From positions 226,281-290,280 of the forward strand of contig CAWIGF010000001.1 of the NCBI GenBank assembly GCA_963835585.1: 64,000 nt of DNA, read 5' to 3'. Positions 17,613 through 28,295 of this stretch are shown here, in pieces. Made by a program: the position numbers and the translations under genes. Each line of letters opens with the position of its first letter. The stretch's first letter is position 1. The stretch is from an uncultured Candidatus Woesearchaeota archaeon. Lineage in GTDB: Archaea; Nanobdellota; Nanobdellia; Woesearchaeales; UBA10107. The notes beneath the pieces are model-generated. The model saw nothing but the letters and a program-made list of their open reading frames with translations. It made no database searches and was not told the origin of the DNA.

Positions 17613-20093
17613 ATGGCAGAAACATACAATTTCAAGGAATCCGAGAAGAAATGGAGGGAGTTCTGGGAGAATGAATCTATATTCAAATTTGATAAAAAGA
17701 AAAAGGGAAATTTGTATGTTGTTGACACACCTCCACCCACTGTTTCAGGAAGGATGCACATCGGACACTCGTATTCTTACTCACAACAGGATTTTGTTGT
17801 AAGATTCAGGAGAATGATGGGAGATAATGTATACTATCCCTTCGGCACGGATGACAACGGTCTTCCAACAGAAAGACTTATCGAGAAATTGAAGAACGTA
17901 AAATCAAAAAACATGTCCAGAGATGAATTCGTCAAGCTGTGTCAGAGCACATTGAAGGAAATAACTCCTGAATTCATAAATGACTGGAAGATAATCGGAA
18001 TGAGTTGTGACTTTTCAAACATCTACTCCACAATAGATTCTCACTGTATAAAGACATCCCAGAAATCATTCATTGATTTGATGAAGAAAGGTCTCGTCTA
18101 TCAGCAAACTGCACCCAGCATGTGGTGCGTGAATTGTCAGACAGCAATTGCACAAGCTGAATTGGAGGACAAGGAACTGGATTCGACATTCAATGACGTC
18201 CAGTTCGGAGTTGTTCATGGTGAAAAAGGACGAGACAAAATAACAATAGCCACAACAAGACCTGAATTGATTCCTGCGTGCGTTTTCGTGTACGTCCATC
18301 CCGATGACAAACGGTATAAAAACATTGTTGGAAAGGAAGTTATTGTTCCTTTGTTCAATTACAAGGTCCCTATTTTTGCAGACTCTTCTGCTGATCCTGA
18401 GAAAGGTTCAGGTATTCTTATGGTCTGTTCATATGGTGACAAGTATGATGCGGAAGCAATCGCAAAAAGAAAGGTTGAGCCAAGAATTGTTCTCGCAAAA
18501 GATGGAAGGATGAATCATTTGTCTGGAAAATATGAAAATCTTACCATCAAGGAAGCAAGAAAAGCTATCCTTGATGATTTAGATAAAGAGGGTCTACTGC
18601 TGAATAAAAAACACATAAGACATGCAGTGAACGTTCATGACAAATGCGGAACAGAGATTGAATTTCTTACAACAAAGCAGTGGTTCATAAAAGTACTTGA
18701 AAATAAAAATAAATTCATAGAAGCAGCGGATAAAATAAAATGGTATCCAGAGCATATGAAGTCAAGATACGTGCACTGGGTTGAGGGATTGAATTGGGAT
18801 TGGTGCGTATCAAGGCAAAGGCATTTTGGAGTTCCTTTCCCTATTTGGAGTTGCAAAAAATGCGGAAAGATAGCAATAGCTGATGAAAAATATCTTCCCG
18901 TAGATCCGCTTATATCAAAACCAAAAGTAAAATGCTCCTGTGGTTCAGATGAGTTCCAGGGAGAAATCGATGTCATGGACACATGGGCGACAAGTTCCAT
19001 GAGCCCTCAGATAATCACAAACTGGGTCGGGGACAAAGGATTTGATGATATTGATTTTAAGACCATGTATCCAAATGCGTTAAGGCCACAGGCTCACGAT
19101 ATAATCAGGACATGGGCCTTTTACACAATTGTCAAGGGAATCTACAATAATAATCAGGTTCCATGGAAAGACATAGTCATTTCTGGTTATGTTTTGGATC
19201 CGAAAGGGGAAAAAATGAGCAAATCAAAGGAAAATACTGTTGAGCCTGCGCAAGTCCTTGCAAAATACCCTGCAGATGCCCTCCGATTCGCGGCTGCCGG
19301 AGCAAAACTCGGAGAAGACATCAGATACCAGGAAAAGGATCTACTAACAGGACAGAAAACAATAACTAAATTATGGAACGCATCAAAATTCGCATTCATG
19401 CAGCTAGAAGATTTCAAAGGCAAAAAAGATAACACTTCTGCAATTGATCATTGGATGCTAACCAAGTTGAATAAATTAATAAAGACTGCAACAGAATCAT
19501 TTGATGCCTGCGAATATTCGAAAGTAAGAATGGATGTCGACCAGTTCTTCTGGGGTACCTTGTGCGATAACTATCTCGAGATAATAAAAGACAGGACTTA
19601 TAATCCAGATAAATACAAATCAGGAAAGAATGGAGCACAATATACTCTTCACAAGTCAATCTTGAGCATTCTAAAGATGTTTGCTCCAATTATGCCGTAT
19701 ATAACTGAGGAGATATATCAGATGAAATTTGCGAAAGAAGAGAATAAGAAATCCATACATGTTTCTGACTGGCCTAAATTCGAGCATTCAGAGATTGATG
19801 ACTCGGCGGAACAGGCAGGTGATTTGGCTGTTGTAATAATTTCGGCCGTGAGAAAGTTCAAGTCGGAAAAGGCACTTTCATTGAAAACGGAGATAAAAAA
19901 TCTAACAATTGAATTGCCGAAACTGGACGGAAAAGTGAAGAAGAATTTCGACGAGATGCTTCAGGAAATAAAGGCAACCACTAGATCCCAGAATGTTGAT
20001 TTTGGAATGGGAGAAATTGAAATTTCTAATAAATTGAAAATAAGCATAGAAATGGCTGAAACGAATCAGAACAACAAGCTTTCATCTAATTGA
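17613..20093 (+). CDS. valS: valine--tRNA ligase (class I; IleRS/LeuRS not fully excluded)
   Basis: TPPPTVSGRMHIGH (HIGH motif), KMSKSKENT (KMSKS motif), and the DTWATSS and WCVSRQR motifs. The 826-aa size fits archaeal ValRS. Confidence 0.7.
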   Translation: MAETYNFKESEKKWREFWENESIFKFDKKKKGNLYVVDTPPPTVSGRMHIGHSYSYSQQDFVVRFRRMMGDNVYYPFGTDDNGLPTERLIEKLKNVKSKNMSRDEFVKLCQSTLKEITPEFINDWKIIGMSCDFSNIYSTIDSHCIKTSQKSFIDLMKKGLVYQQTAPSMWCVNCQTAIAQAELEDKELDSTFNDVQFGVVHGEKGRDKITIATTRPELIPACVFVYVHPDDKRYKNIVGKEVIVPLFNYKVPIFADSSADPEKGSGILMVCSYGDKYDAEAIAKRKVEPRIVLAKDGRMNHLSGKYENLTIKEARKAILDDLDKEGLLLNKKHIRHAVNVHDKCGTEIEFLTTKQWFIKVLENKNKFIEAADKIKWYPEHMKSRYVHWVEGLNWDWCVSRQRHFGVPFPIWSCKKCGKIAIADEKYLPVDPLISKPKVKCSCGSDEFQGEIDVMDTWATSSMSPQIITNWVGDKGFDDIDFKTMYPNALRPQAHDIIRTWAFYTIVKGIYNNNQVPWKDIVISGYVLDPKGEKMSKSKENTVEPAQVLAKYPADALRFAAAGAKLGEDIRYQEKDLLTGQKTITKLWNASKFAFMQLEDFKGKKDNTSAIDHWMLTKLNKLIKTATESFDACEYSKVRMDVDQFFWGTLCDNYLEIIKDRTYNPDKYKSGKNGAQYTLHKSILSILKMFAPIMPYITEEIYQMKFAKEENKKSIHVSDWPKFEHSEIDDSAEQAGDLAVVIISAVRKFKSEKALSLKTEIKNLTIELPKLDGKVKKNFDEMLQEIKATTRSQNVDFGMGEIEISNKLKISIEMAETNQNNKLSSN

Positions 20094-21447
20094 CTTTTTT
20101 CCACTTGACTCCATCTTTGGTGTCAAGCAATTCTATTCCTTTTGCTTTCAATTCATCTCTTATTCTATCTGCTGTTTTGAAATCTTTGATTTTCTTCGCT
20201 TCATCTCTCTTTTCAATAAGAGTTTCAATGTCCTTGTTTATGGAACCAGAATCGAACTTCATGAAATCAAATAACTCGTCTAATTCTTTCATGAACGAAA
20301 GCACGTGCTTTCCTGCCTTGCCTTCTTTGTTTATATCCTTTATAAACTTAAATAAAGATGCAATCGCAATCGGCGTATTGATATCATCATTCAACGAGTT
20401 CATCACTGCTTTCCTAGTTTCTGTTATTTTTTTTGTGTTTTGCTTGTCATCATAGGCTTTATCTATGCTGAATATAAAATCATCAATCCTCTGAAGACTT
20501 TGCTTTGCCTGCTCAAGAAGCTCAGAGGCATAATTAAGCGGCATGCGATAATGGTTTGATAGGAAGAAATACCGCAATACACGATAATCATACTGCTTCA
20601 ATGCCTCCCTTACTGTCAAAAAGTTCCCTTTGCTCTTGCTCATTTTTTCAGAGTTTATGTTGAGAAATCCGGTATGCATCCAATACCTGACCAATGGTTT
20701 TTTTCCGGACGCGGACTCCATTTGCGCAATCTCTGCCTCGTGATGCGGAAAGATCAAGTCGACAGAGCCTCCGTGGATGTCATATTGTGGACCGAAGAAC
20801 TCCTCGGTGATTGCAGTATCTTCTATGTGCCAGCCCGGTCTTCCCTTGCCCAATTCGGTATCCCAAAATGGCTCGCCTGGTTTTTCGAATTTCCAAAGGC
20901 AGAAATCTCCCTTGTTTCTTTTTTCCTCGTTTTCATCTATCCTTGAAATTGAGTCCTCTTCCTGCAAAGCGGTTCTTCCAGATAACTTTCCGTACTCACT
21001 GAATTTTCTCAGATCGAAGTAATAGCCGTCGTTTATTTTGTAGGCAAATCCTCTTTCAAGCAGAGTTTTGACTTGCTTCACGATCTGAGGAATATAGTTA
21101 GTAGCCCGCGCATATTTTGAAACAGAGGTATTGTGCAATGCTGCCATGTCTTCTTTGTAGAATGTTTCAAATTCTTTTGCAAGCTCCTTGGGTGTTTTTT
21201 TCTTTTCACTTGCCCTCTTTATTATCTTGTCGTCTATATCTGTTATATTTTGCAGATAAAAGACATCAAACCCAGATTTTCTAAGGAATCTCACGATGAA
21301 ATCAAACTGCGTATAGGTCTTTGCATGGCCCAGGTGAGAATAATCATATACAGTTGGGCCACATACAAAAAGGTTTATTTTCTTATCACTCATAGGCTTG
21401 AATCTTTCTATTTTCCTTCCAAGTGTGTTATAAATTTTCAGTTCCAT
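20086..21447 (-). CDS. cysS: cysteine--tRNA ligase
   Basis: CGPTVYDYSHLGHA (HIGH motif) and KMSKSKGNF; 453 aa. Confidence 0.9.
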   Translation of the reverse strand: MELKIYNTLGRKIERFKPMSDKKINLFVCGPTVYDYSHLGHAKTYTQFDFIVRFLRKSGFDVFYLQNITDIDDKIIKRASEKKKTPKELAKEFETFYKEDMAALHNTSVSKYARATNYIPQIVKQVKTLLERGFAYKINDGYYFDLRKFSEYGKLSGRTALQEEDSISRIDENEEKRNKGDFCLWKFEKPGEPFWDTELGKGRPGWHIEDTAITEEFFGPQYDIHGGSVDLIFPHHEAEIAQMESASGKKPLVRYWMHTGFLNINSEKMSKSKGNFLTVREALKQYDYRVLRYFFLSNHYRMPLNYASELLEQAKQSLQRIDDFIFSIDKAYDDKQNTKKITETRKAVMNSLNDDINTPIAIASLFKFIKDINKEGKAGKHVLSFMKELDELFDFMKFDSGSINKDIETLIEKRDEAKKIKDFKTADRIRDELKAKGIELLDTKDGVKWKKVN

Positions 21448-21450
21448 GAT

Positions 21451-22341
21451 TTACCGTATAAGCTTCACGCTTTTAACCTTTTTTGTTTCGGTATCAATCG
21501 ATATAATGGAACCTTTTCCTTCATACGCGGCCCCGCCATTGACAACGACAGTCCGCCCAATCCTGATAATTCCTTGGTCCTCATGCATATGGCCGCAAAT
21601 CGCAAGAAATGGTTTCCTATCAATTATTATCCTTTTTGCCAGCCAGCTTCCATAGTGTTCTCCGTTCATAGGTCCTTGTTTTATCTTGTCAAGCCTTGTC
21701 ATGTAAGGAGCATTATGTGTTATGAAGACTGTGTTTTTTCCAATCAACTTGCTTAATTTTGAGTAATATCTTTTGTTGTCATTATTCATGCTTTTAACAT
21801 ATCTCCTAGCTTTTCTTCCGTGTTTCTTGATGAGGCTTCTTCTGTATCTTTTTGAAACAAATCCTGGATATGAACTCCTTGGATATCCTGCAAATTCAAC
21901 TCCTTTCTCTTTTTTCGTAGAGAAATCAATTAATATTACGTTTTCGCATGAATTTAGAACACAATAGAATTTTTTGATATAGGCCTTTTCATCCTTATTT
22001 AGTTTGATTTTGCTTCCTATGTCAAACCATTTCGAATAATCCCAATTTCCTGTTGCTATTATGACTGGTTTTCCTAAGCTATCCAGCGTCTTCAACACTT
22101 TACTTCCTGTGTTGAAGCTCCTGTCCTCTATTTTCTTTGCCTTTTTCTTTCCTATGAAATCAGACAATGGCTTGTTTGTCCCATAGACATATTTGAAGTA
22201 CAGTTTGTTAAGCTCATTGTCTCCTGCAAAATCACCAGGACTAACAATCAAATCGATATCCTTTCTTTTCGCTATTTTCAACAATTTATTCGGAAACCTG
22301 CCGTGAAAATCACCTACATCTAGAATCTTTATCTCACTCAT
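21451..22341 (-). CDS. calcineurin-like metallophosphoesterase
   Basis: DVGDFHGR, GDFAGD, GNWD and GHMHEDQG metal-binding motifs. Confidence 0.6.
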   Translation of the reverse strand: MSEIKILDVGDFHGRFPNKLLKIAKRKDIDLIVSPGDFAGDNELNKLYFKYVYGTNKPLSDFIGKKKAKKIEDRSFNTGSKVLKTLDSLGKPVIIATGNWDYSKWFDIGSKIKLNKDEKAYIKKFYCVLNSCENVILIDFSTKKEKGVEFAGYPRSSYPGFVSKRYRRSLIKKHGRKARRYVKSMNNDNKRYYSKLSKLIGKNTVFITHNAPYMTRLDKIKQGPMNGEHYGSWLAKRIIIDRKPFLAICGHMHEDQGIIRIGRTVVVNGGAAYEGKGSIISIDTETKKVKSVKLIR

Positions 22342-23009
22342 CTCTTTTTCACCACGAAAAGAATATGGTCCTTTTCGAATGGATCAAGCTTTTTTTGGTC
22401 AACAATGACCATTTTCTTCTGCAGTTCCGTCTGCACCATCCTGAATATGTCGTCAGGTCTTTTCGTGACATCGACAGATCTTGCTTTTACTGCCAGCAAT
22501 CCAAACCCTCCTTGTTTGAGGAATGTATCGCAGTTCTTAAGGAATATCTCTACCTGGTTTTTCTGCGCGACATCCTGGAAAATCACATCGACATCAGCAA
22601 CAAACTCAGTGTACCTTTCCGGATGATTCGCATCGTCCATTATAGGTAGTATGTTTTCCCTTTTTTCAACGAGGAATATAAAGTCATGCATGACTCTCGG
22701 CGCAAAATCCACTCCATATACAAATCCTTCTTTTTCTACCAAATCCGAAACGTGAGAAACCGTAGTTCCTGAGGCACATCCAAGATAGAGAACTTTCGAA
22801 CCTGGCTTAATCCCTATTTGAGACAGGCCTTTGAATATTCCGGCACCTAATTTTGATTTGAACGGATCCCATACACGATATGTCTCATTTCCTTCAGTAA
22901 TCAGTTCCTCTCCATAAACTGACTCCTTAACGAGCGCCTTTGTTGCAATAAATGGATGTTTCCCGTTTCCAAAATATACTCCTTTAAGTTGTTTATGTGG
23001 CTGAATCAT
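22338..23009 (-). CDS. flpA: fibrillarin-like rRNA/tRNA 2'-O-methyltransferase
   Basis: KVLYLGCASGTTVSHVSDLV SAM-binding motif. 223 aa. A 4-nt overlap with the upstream Nop5 gene. Confidence 0.85.
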   Translation of the reverse strand: MIQPHKQLKGVYFGNGKHPFIATKALVKESVYGEELITEGNETYRVWDPFKSKLGAGIFKGLSQIGIKPGSKVLYLGCASGTTVSHVSDLVEKEGFVYGVDFAPRVMHDFIFLVEKRENILPIMDDANHPERYTEFVADVDVIFQDVAQKNQVEIFLKNCDTFLKQGGFGLLAVKARSVDVTKRPDDIFRMVQTELQKKMVIVDQKKLDPFEKDHILFVVKKR

Positions 23010-23752
23010 TGTTTCAACTCTTTTGCTTTATCTTCTACCTGGGACGATAAAGTATCTCCAAAGAATTTCCCCTTGAAAAAATCTATTTTCGAGGCAATAC
23101 TTATCTTGTCAGCTAACGTTCGTGCCATTTTTCCTTTATTCTTCTGTATAACTTTATTCACAAGCGCGTGCTCATGGAGAATTCCATATTTTGGAGGAAG
23201 ATTTCTTCTGTTTCTCAAGTGTCTGAACAATGCCTTTTCAGCGCCTAATAGTTGTATCGTTGATGCAGGAAATTTGGATAATCTTTCCAATGAACCAGCC
23301 AACGACAATAATTTTGCTCCTATTTGGACTCCTGCAACTGCAGTCACATTCGGACATGTTGCTTTCATCATGTCTTCAAGGTATTTCTCCTGTATGTGCC
23401 TGAAATCAAACAAAGACTTAACTTCATTAGCAAGTCTCATTATTGAATCAATGTCCTTTTGCTTCAAATCAGCTCCCATCGGGTCATTGATCCTGAATTC
23501 TGAAATCAACTCCTTCTTCTGTTTTTGAAGAATTTGATCAGTAAATGTTTCGTGATCCGTGAACAGCTTTGATATTTCCGGATTGTAAAGTTCATAACAT
23601 TCACGCAATCTTTTGGCAAGAAGGTTTACTGCCTTGTCCACTTCATCGATGCTTGAAACAGTCTGGATGATAAGCAAATCGTCCTTTACAGAAACTCTTA
23701 GTTTCGCTTTGACGACCTTTATTGCCTTTTCTCTTAACTTCTGCAGGTCCAT
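23006..23752 (-). CDS. nop5: Nop5/Nop56-family C/D box sRNP protein, compact form (coiled-coil + NOP domain only)
   Basis: NOP domain signature GAEKALFRHLRNRRNLPPKYGILHEH. It is only 248 aa and lacks the usual fibrillarin-binding N-terminal domain of about 120 aa. Confidence 0.75.
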   Translation of the reverse strand: MDLQKLREKAIKVVKAKLRVSVKDDLLIIQTVSSIDEVDKAVNLLAKRLRECYELYNPEISKLFTDHETFTDQILQKQKKELISEFRINDPMGADLKQKDIDSIMRLANEVKSLFDFRHIQEKYLEDMMKATCPNVTAVAGVQIGAKLLSLAGSLERLSKFPASTIQLLGAEKALFRHLRNRRNLPPKYGILHEHALVNKVIQKNKGKMARTLADKISIASKIDFFKGKFFGDTLSSQVEDKAKELKQ

Positions 23753-23783
23753 ATAGAATTAAATAAAAAGGTCATTTATAAAG

Positions 23784-24287
23784 CTAGTGGGATTTGTTTA
23801 AAACCGAATAGTGAAGTTGTATGGTGTTCTTTGACAACTTTGATATGTCGATAAGGTTCAATTTCTTCTCGAAATTTTCTCCTTGAAAGAAAGGTATACC
23901 CTTGCCAAGAATCAAAGGCTCAACATCGATATATAATTCGTCAATAAGTTCTGGTTTTATGAAAGATGAGTTTAATCTGCTGCCTCCCGCGACAAGAACT
24001 GTTTTGAATCCTTTTCTTTTGAGAATAGTAATTGCATCTTTCGGGGATTTAGCTGCAAGAACGTCTCTTATTTTTCGGTGAGTCACGACAATGACAAGAG
24101 GATTCCCAAAATTCTTGAATCCGTCTTCCTTCATAAGTTCATATGTTCTTCTCCCAATTACCAAATTTCCTGTTTTTTTCACAAAACTTGAGAAACTTTT
24201 CCATTCTTCCTTTGACCAAGGAGTTTCATCATTTCTTTTTGCAATGTATCCATTAACACTCATTGCCATATAAAGAATTACTTTCAT
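23784..24287 (-). CDS. dihydrofolate reductase-like / RibD C-terminal domain protein
   Basis: The N-terminal VILYMAMSVNGYIAKRNDETPW and VAGGSRLNSSF motifs are characteristic of the RibD_C/DHFR-like fold. Confidence 0.55.
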   Translation of the reverse strand: MKVILYMAMSVNGYIAKRNDETPWSKEEWKSFSSFVKKTGNLVIGRRTYELMKEDGFKNFGNPLVIVVTHRKIRDVLAAKSPKDAITILKRKGFKTVLVAGGSRLNSSFIKPELIDELYIDVEPLILGKGIPFFQGENFEKKLNLIDISKLSKNTIQLHYSVLNKSH

Positions 24288-24967
24288 TCTATTACCGTTC
24301 CACTGAATTTATTTCCCAGAACTACGTTTTCAAGATTTTTGAGCCCTTTAACGATGATTGTCTTAATTTTTGCCCTCCTGATTATTTTTGCACCAGACTG
24401 GTCAAGAACAAAGTGCTGGCCAGCCTTGAATTTGATCCTTGATACAATTTTCCAGAAGTCATCAAAGGATATTCTCGGGATGAATTTTGCGTTATCATAC
24501 TTATTTGGGTCTTTGTTGAACAATCCAGGAACATCAGTCAAATTGATAAACATTTCCGCATCAAGGTATTCAGCAATCTGCGCTGCTGTGGCATCACTAG
24601 TCATGTCCGGCTGGAATCCCAATGCACCAACTACAACGACATTCTTCCTTTCCAGGTCTTTTTTTATTTCTAGTAATGAATCCGGCATGTCGATGTTGCC
24701 ATGAATCACTAATGATACAAGAGTCGCATTTAATTTTGTGGTCCTTATTCCAACCAAGCATGCCATCGCATCTGAAGTGCTCAAATCTTCCGCAGCTTTG
24801 ATGTAATCCCTTGCTATTTTTCCACCGCCACAAACAAGAACCAACCTGTTGTTTTTCTTTAGTTTGTCGACTGTTTTCCTCAGATTTCTCAGAAAATCAG
24901 TATCAATCTTGCCAGGAACAATCGCACTGCCACCGACCGAGATGACGTAGGTCTTCATAGTAAACAT
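24284..24967 (-). CDS. pyrH: uridylate (UMP) kinase, archaeal type
   Basis: Amino-acid-kinase-family motifs VISVGGSAI, VCGGGKIARDYI, IRTTKLNATLV and VVVGALGFQPDMTSDATAAQ match the pattern of crenarchaeal PyrH. Confidence 0.8.
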   Translation of the reverse strand: MFTMKTYVISVGGSAIVPGKIDTDFLRNLRKTVDKLKKNNRLVLVCGGGKIARDYIKAAEDLSTSDAMACLVGIRTTKLNATLVSLVIHGNIDMPDSLLEIKKDLERKNVVVVGALGFQPDMTSDATAAQIAEYLDAEMFINLTDVPGLFNKDPNKYDNAKFIPRISFDDFWKIVSRIKFKAGQHFVLDQSGAKIIRRAKIKTIIVKGLKNLENVVLGNKFSGTVIE

Positions 24968-25001
24968 AAAAGATGTACTGTTTATAAATTTTACAGAGTG
25001 A

Positions 25002-26561
25002 TCATTCGTCTTTCAACAATTGTTCAACAACAGCGGCAAATGCAGGCCTGGTGATGAAGACACCTATCGTGATTCCAAGCATTGATGTCAATGCGAATCC
25101 CTTTAACAAGCCGGCTCCTGCAAACAAGAGCGGGAACATTGATGCAAGTCCTGTGAAGTATGATGCAAGGATTATGAAGAAGGCATTCTTGATTCGCTTC
25201 AGCCAATTGACTTCTTTGTTTCTATGAGCAGTCGACTCATCAACTATGACAATCTGGGAATCAACACCAGTTCCGACTGCGACAAGAATACCTGCTATTG
25301 CAGGGATATCGATGTTCCACCCTATCAAAGCAGCAACACCCAGAATGATTACTACCTCTGAGATTCCAGTAATCATGATAGGCACTACGACTTGCGCTTT
25401 CCTGTATCTTATGTAAATAATCAGAGTAACAGCAATTATCGCCAAAAACATCATGACAATAGAATCATGAATAAACGTTTTTCCAAGGATAGGAGAAACT
25501 GTATCGACCTCATCTATGTTTAACTTTACTGGAAGGCTTCCCGTAATCAATATGGTTTGTAATTTTTTCATATTATCAAGCGCATTTAGTTCTGATTCCT
25601 GTTCCGTAGTTCCTGTTCCTGGACCAGAGATAGCTATATCAGTTACAGCCTGCCCCCTCAATGACGATGATATCTGAAGCTGATCAACAGGTTGGTCGTC
25701 TAAGAACAGAGAAATTGGCTCCGACAAATACTGACCAGTGACAGTCAAGTCCTTCGTGACATTTGCCATTCTTTGCGCTGCCGCATTGCTCAATGATATC
25801 GAAAACCGGAACTGAGAATCCCATTCGGTTGCAGACGCCTGCGTTGGTGCCTGGTATGGCGACAAACCGGAGCAATCAGCTGACCTGCACACATAAGTTA
25901 TGTCGTTGCCGCCCTTGAAAACAGAGATATTTCCAATTTTGGCTTCAAATTTTCCCTGCTTTGCGATCAAATCTTTTACTTCCTGGTCGTTGCCGCCCGC
26001 AACATCGACCTCAATGAAAGTTTTTCCCTCCAAATCACTTACTTGCTGGATTGTGACATCAGTAAGACCAAACACATTCAATCGCTCGCTTAAGCTAGCT
26101 ATCAAAGATCCCATATCTTGAGTAGAAAGTTTTTCCGCCGGCTCAAGAAGCATCCGAGTCCCGCCCTGCAAATCGAGCCCTTCACGTATATTTGAAGTCG
26201 GTGCATTTACGACGACCAAACCCAGATTTGTTTGGTTAAGTTGAGGTGTTACTTGATAGAGACCTTTGCTTGTTTTTATCTGGACCGGAACACCAGGAGT
26301 CATGTTTGCAACAACTGCATAGAAATCATCGGTATTCTTTATTGGTTCATTATCAATCGCTGTAATTATCTCCTTACTCAATGGAGTTCCCGTCGGCTTT
26401 GGTGTTGGGATCCCAGCAAGATATGCTGAGCTGTTCAATCCAATGGATTGAATGGAAACACCTTTGTTGAAAGGTCGTGGATTTATTGCAAGGAGCGAAA
26501 GGAGAAGGAAAATAATAAGAAGTATTACCCTTCCTTTTGTAAGTATCCTCTTAAGCTCCAT
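25002..26561 (-). CDS. secD: protein-export membrane protein SecD
   Basis: 519 aa. N-terminal TM, a large periplasmic domain, and six C-terminal TM helices. It follows secF with a 10-nt overlap. Confidence 0.75.
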   Translation of the reverse strand: MELKRILTKGRVILLIIFLLLSLLAINPRPFNKGVSIQSIGLNSSAYLAGIPTPKPTGTPLSKEIITAIDNEPIKNTDDFYAVVANMTPGVPVQIKTSKGLYQVTPQLNQTNLGLVVVNAPTSNIREGLDLQGGTRMLLEPAEKLSTQDMGSLIASLSERLNVFGLTDVTIQQVSDLEGKTFIEVDVAGGNDQEVKDLIAKQGKFEAKIGNISVFKGGNDITYVCRSADCSGLSPYQAPTQASATEWDSQFRFSISLSNAAAQRMANVTKDLTVTGQYLSEPISLFLDDQPVDQLQISSSLRGQAVTDIAISGPGTGTTEQESELNALDNMKKLQTILITGSLPVKLNIDEVDTVSPILGKTFIHDSIVMMFLAIIAVTLIIYIRYRKAQVVVPIMITGISEVVIILGVAALIGWNIDIPAIAGILVAVGTGVDSQIVIVDESTAHRNKEVNWLKRIKNAFFIILASYFTGLASMFPLLFAGAGLLKGFALTSMLGITIGVFITRPAFAAVVEQLLKDE

Positions 26562-27453
26562 TGGTTATAGCCTTCTTTTCCTTTCTCTCTACGTACATCC
26601 TCAAAAGCGCCGCGTTGAACAGCCACGTATATATCATGTCACCAACAAGACCCCATCCGAGAATGAACATAATTTGTCTGAGGGATTCTGCGCTTGTTGA
26701 ATAGTATGCGACAATAACAGCTGCCAATGCTGCCAATGACATCGTCAATCCAGTGGGAACTGCCGTCGCCATTCTCTCTGAAACAGTCCCTTCCTTCCTC
26801 TTGAGAACCCTTGTCGTCAATAATATATCGGTATCAACCGAATAACCAATCAACATCAAGAACGCCGCAACGCCCGCAGTCGTCAATCGCATGTTAAACA
26901 AATTGAATACTGTCAACGAGAATAGCGCATCCCCAAATACACAGAATACTGCGTAAAAGCTTGGAAGCGGCTCCCTGAAATAAATGTAAATGACAATTGC
27001 CATAAGAACAAAAGCCACAATTATCGAATAAATTGCTTGCTTGAAAAACGAAGCGCCGAGCGAGGGTCCGGTCGTATCAACAGTATATTCTGTTTCCTGG
27101 AGAGGACCTGTTATGGTCTCAACCCCTGCTACAAGATCATCTGCGGATACTCCAGATGCCTCAACAATGACCCCTCCAGATTGACCTTGACCGAAACTTC
27201 TCACGTTGATATCTGCGTTAGGATACTTTATAGCAAAATAATTACTCAGGTCCTTTACGTTGGCTTGTTTTGATACAGAAAGCGTAGTACCGCCCTTAAG
27301 AGAGACGCCTTTTGACACAAAATCACCGTGCTGTACATAATAGACAGCTAGCAGTGTTAAACACAATATGAGAATAGTGATAGGTATCAAGAAAAGCTTC
27401 TTGTATTGCTTATCATAGACATTAGCGGTCTTCTCAAATAGCCTTTTAAACAT
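26551..27453 (-). CDS. secF: protein-export membrane protein SecF
   Basis: 300 aa. N-terminal TM, a small periplasmic domain, and a C-terminal six-TM bundle with GYSVDTDILL. Paired with secD. Confidence 0.75.
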   Translation of the reverse strand: MFKRLFEKTANVYDKQYKKLFLIPITILILCLTLLAVYYVQHGDFVSKGVSLKGGTTLSVSKQANVKDLSNYFAIKYPNADINVRSFGQGQSGGVIVEASGVSADDLVAGVETITGPLQETEYTVDTTGPSLGASFFKQAIYSIIVAFVLMAIVIYIYFREPLPSFYAVFCVFGDALFSLTVFNLFNMRLTTAGVAAFLMLIGYSVDTDILLTTRVLKRKEGTVSERMATAVPTGLTMSLAALAAVIVAYYSTSAESLRQIMFILGWGLVGDMIYTWLFNAALLRMYVERKEKKAITNGA

Positions 27454-27548
27454 GGATAAAATAAGACTACGATGTTTTTATATATCTTTCGTGGCATCGA
27501 GAATTGCCAAATCGATGACTTTCTAATCAATAAATATCAAGAAATGCA

Positions 27549-28295
27549 TCAAGAAACATCAGGGGGCATTACATCAGGGGGAGAACTTCTCATTTGGCGA
27601 TTAAATTGATTAAATAAGTCATTCCTCTCCTCAGGAGACATTCCCCTAATCGAATTAACAAAGTCATTCCTCCTCTCAGGAGGTATTCTGTTAATCATTT
27701 CATTCATCATATCATCCTGAGTCATTCTCTGCTGCGGCTGGGCGGAACGATTCGATATATTTTGAGAAGGAGAAGGAGTACGTGGCATTGGTCGCGATGT
27801 CTCAGTAACACTTATGGCAACCTCTTTTGAATCAGTAATGTACCAAATTACAAGCCCAAAGAAAACAATACCAATGATTGAATAGAACAACCCAGGATAT
27901 GAGGAAATAAATGAATTCAACAAATCAACACTTATGAATCCTGTGATAATTATGAAAAGTAACACACAAATCAAAAAAAGAACCACATTGTTCTTCTTTT
28001 CGACTTTGAATCCAAATATCCCAGCGACAACGTTAATGGCAAGTATACCTACTATGACAATTATGAATCTAGAGATAAAAAGTGAATAATCAACACCTGC
28101 GACAAACGGAAGCATCATCAACGAAACAATTACGGAAAAAACGGGATTAAGTTTTTTGTTTTTCTCTCCAAGAAGCATCGTCTTCTGTAGAATTCCATAC
28201 AGAACTGCAAAAATAAGTATGAACGGAATCAGATAATCGAAAATACCAATATTGGAGAGTGCCACAAACGAACCCGTGAGGAGATTTGTCGCCAT
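27549..28295 (-). CDS. multi-pass membrane protein, paralog family member D (same family as 1229-3029), with repeat-containing cytoplasmic tail
   Basis: The N-terminal LSNIGIFDYLIPFILIFAVLYGILQKT matches the family motif. The tail has two PPERRNDFVNSIRGM / SPEERNDLFNQFNRQM repeats and a C-terminal PPDVMPPDVS. Confidence 0.55.
   Translation of the reverse strand: MATNLLTGSFVALSNIGIFDYLIPFILIFAVLYGILQKTMLLGEKNKKLNPVFSVIVSLMMLPFVAGVDYSLFISRFIIVIVGILAINVVAGIFGFKVEKKNNVVLFLICVLLFIIITGFISVDLLNSFISSYPGLFYSIIGIVFFGLVIWYITDSKEVAISVTETSRPMPRTPSPSQNISNRSAQPQQRMTQDDMMNEMINRIPPERRNDFVNSIRGMSPEERNDLFNQFNRQMRSSPPDVMPPDVS

Noticed and set aside
25024-26429. Small ORFs inside secD (25024-25206, 25684-25875, 26232-26429)
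   Set aside because: They are overlapping or antisense fragments within a well-supported SecD CDS.
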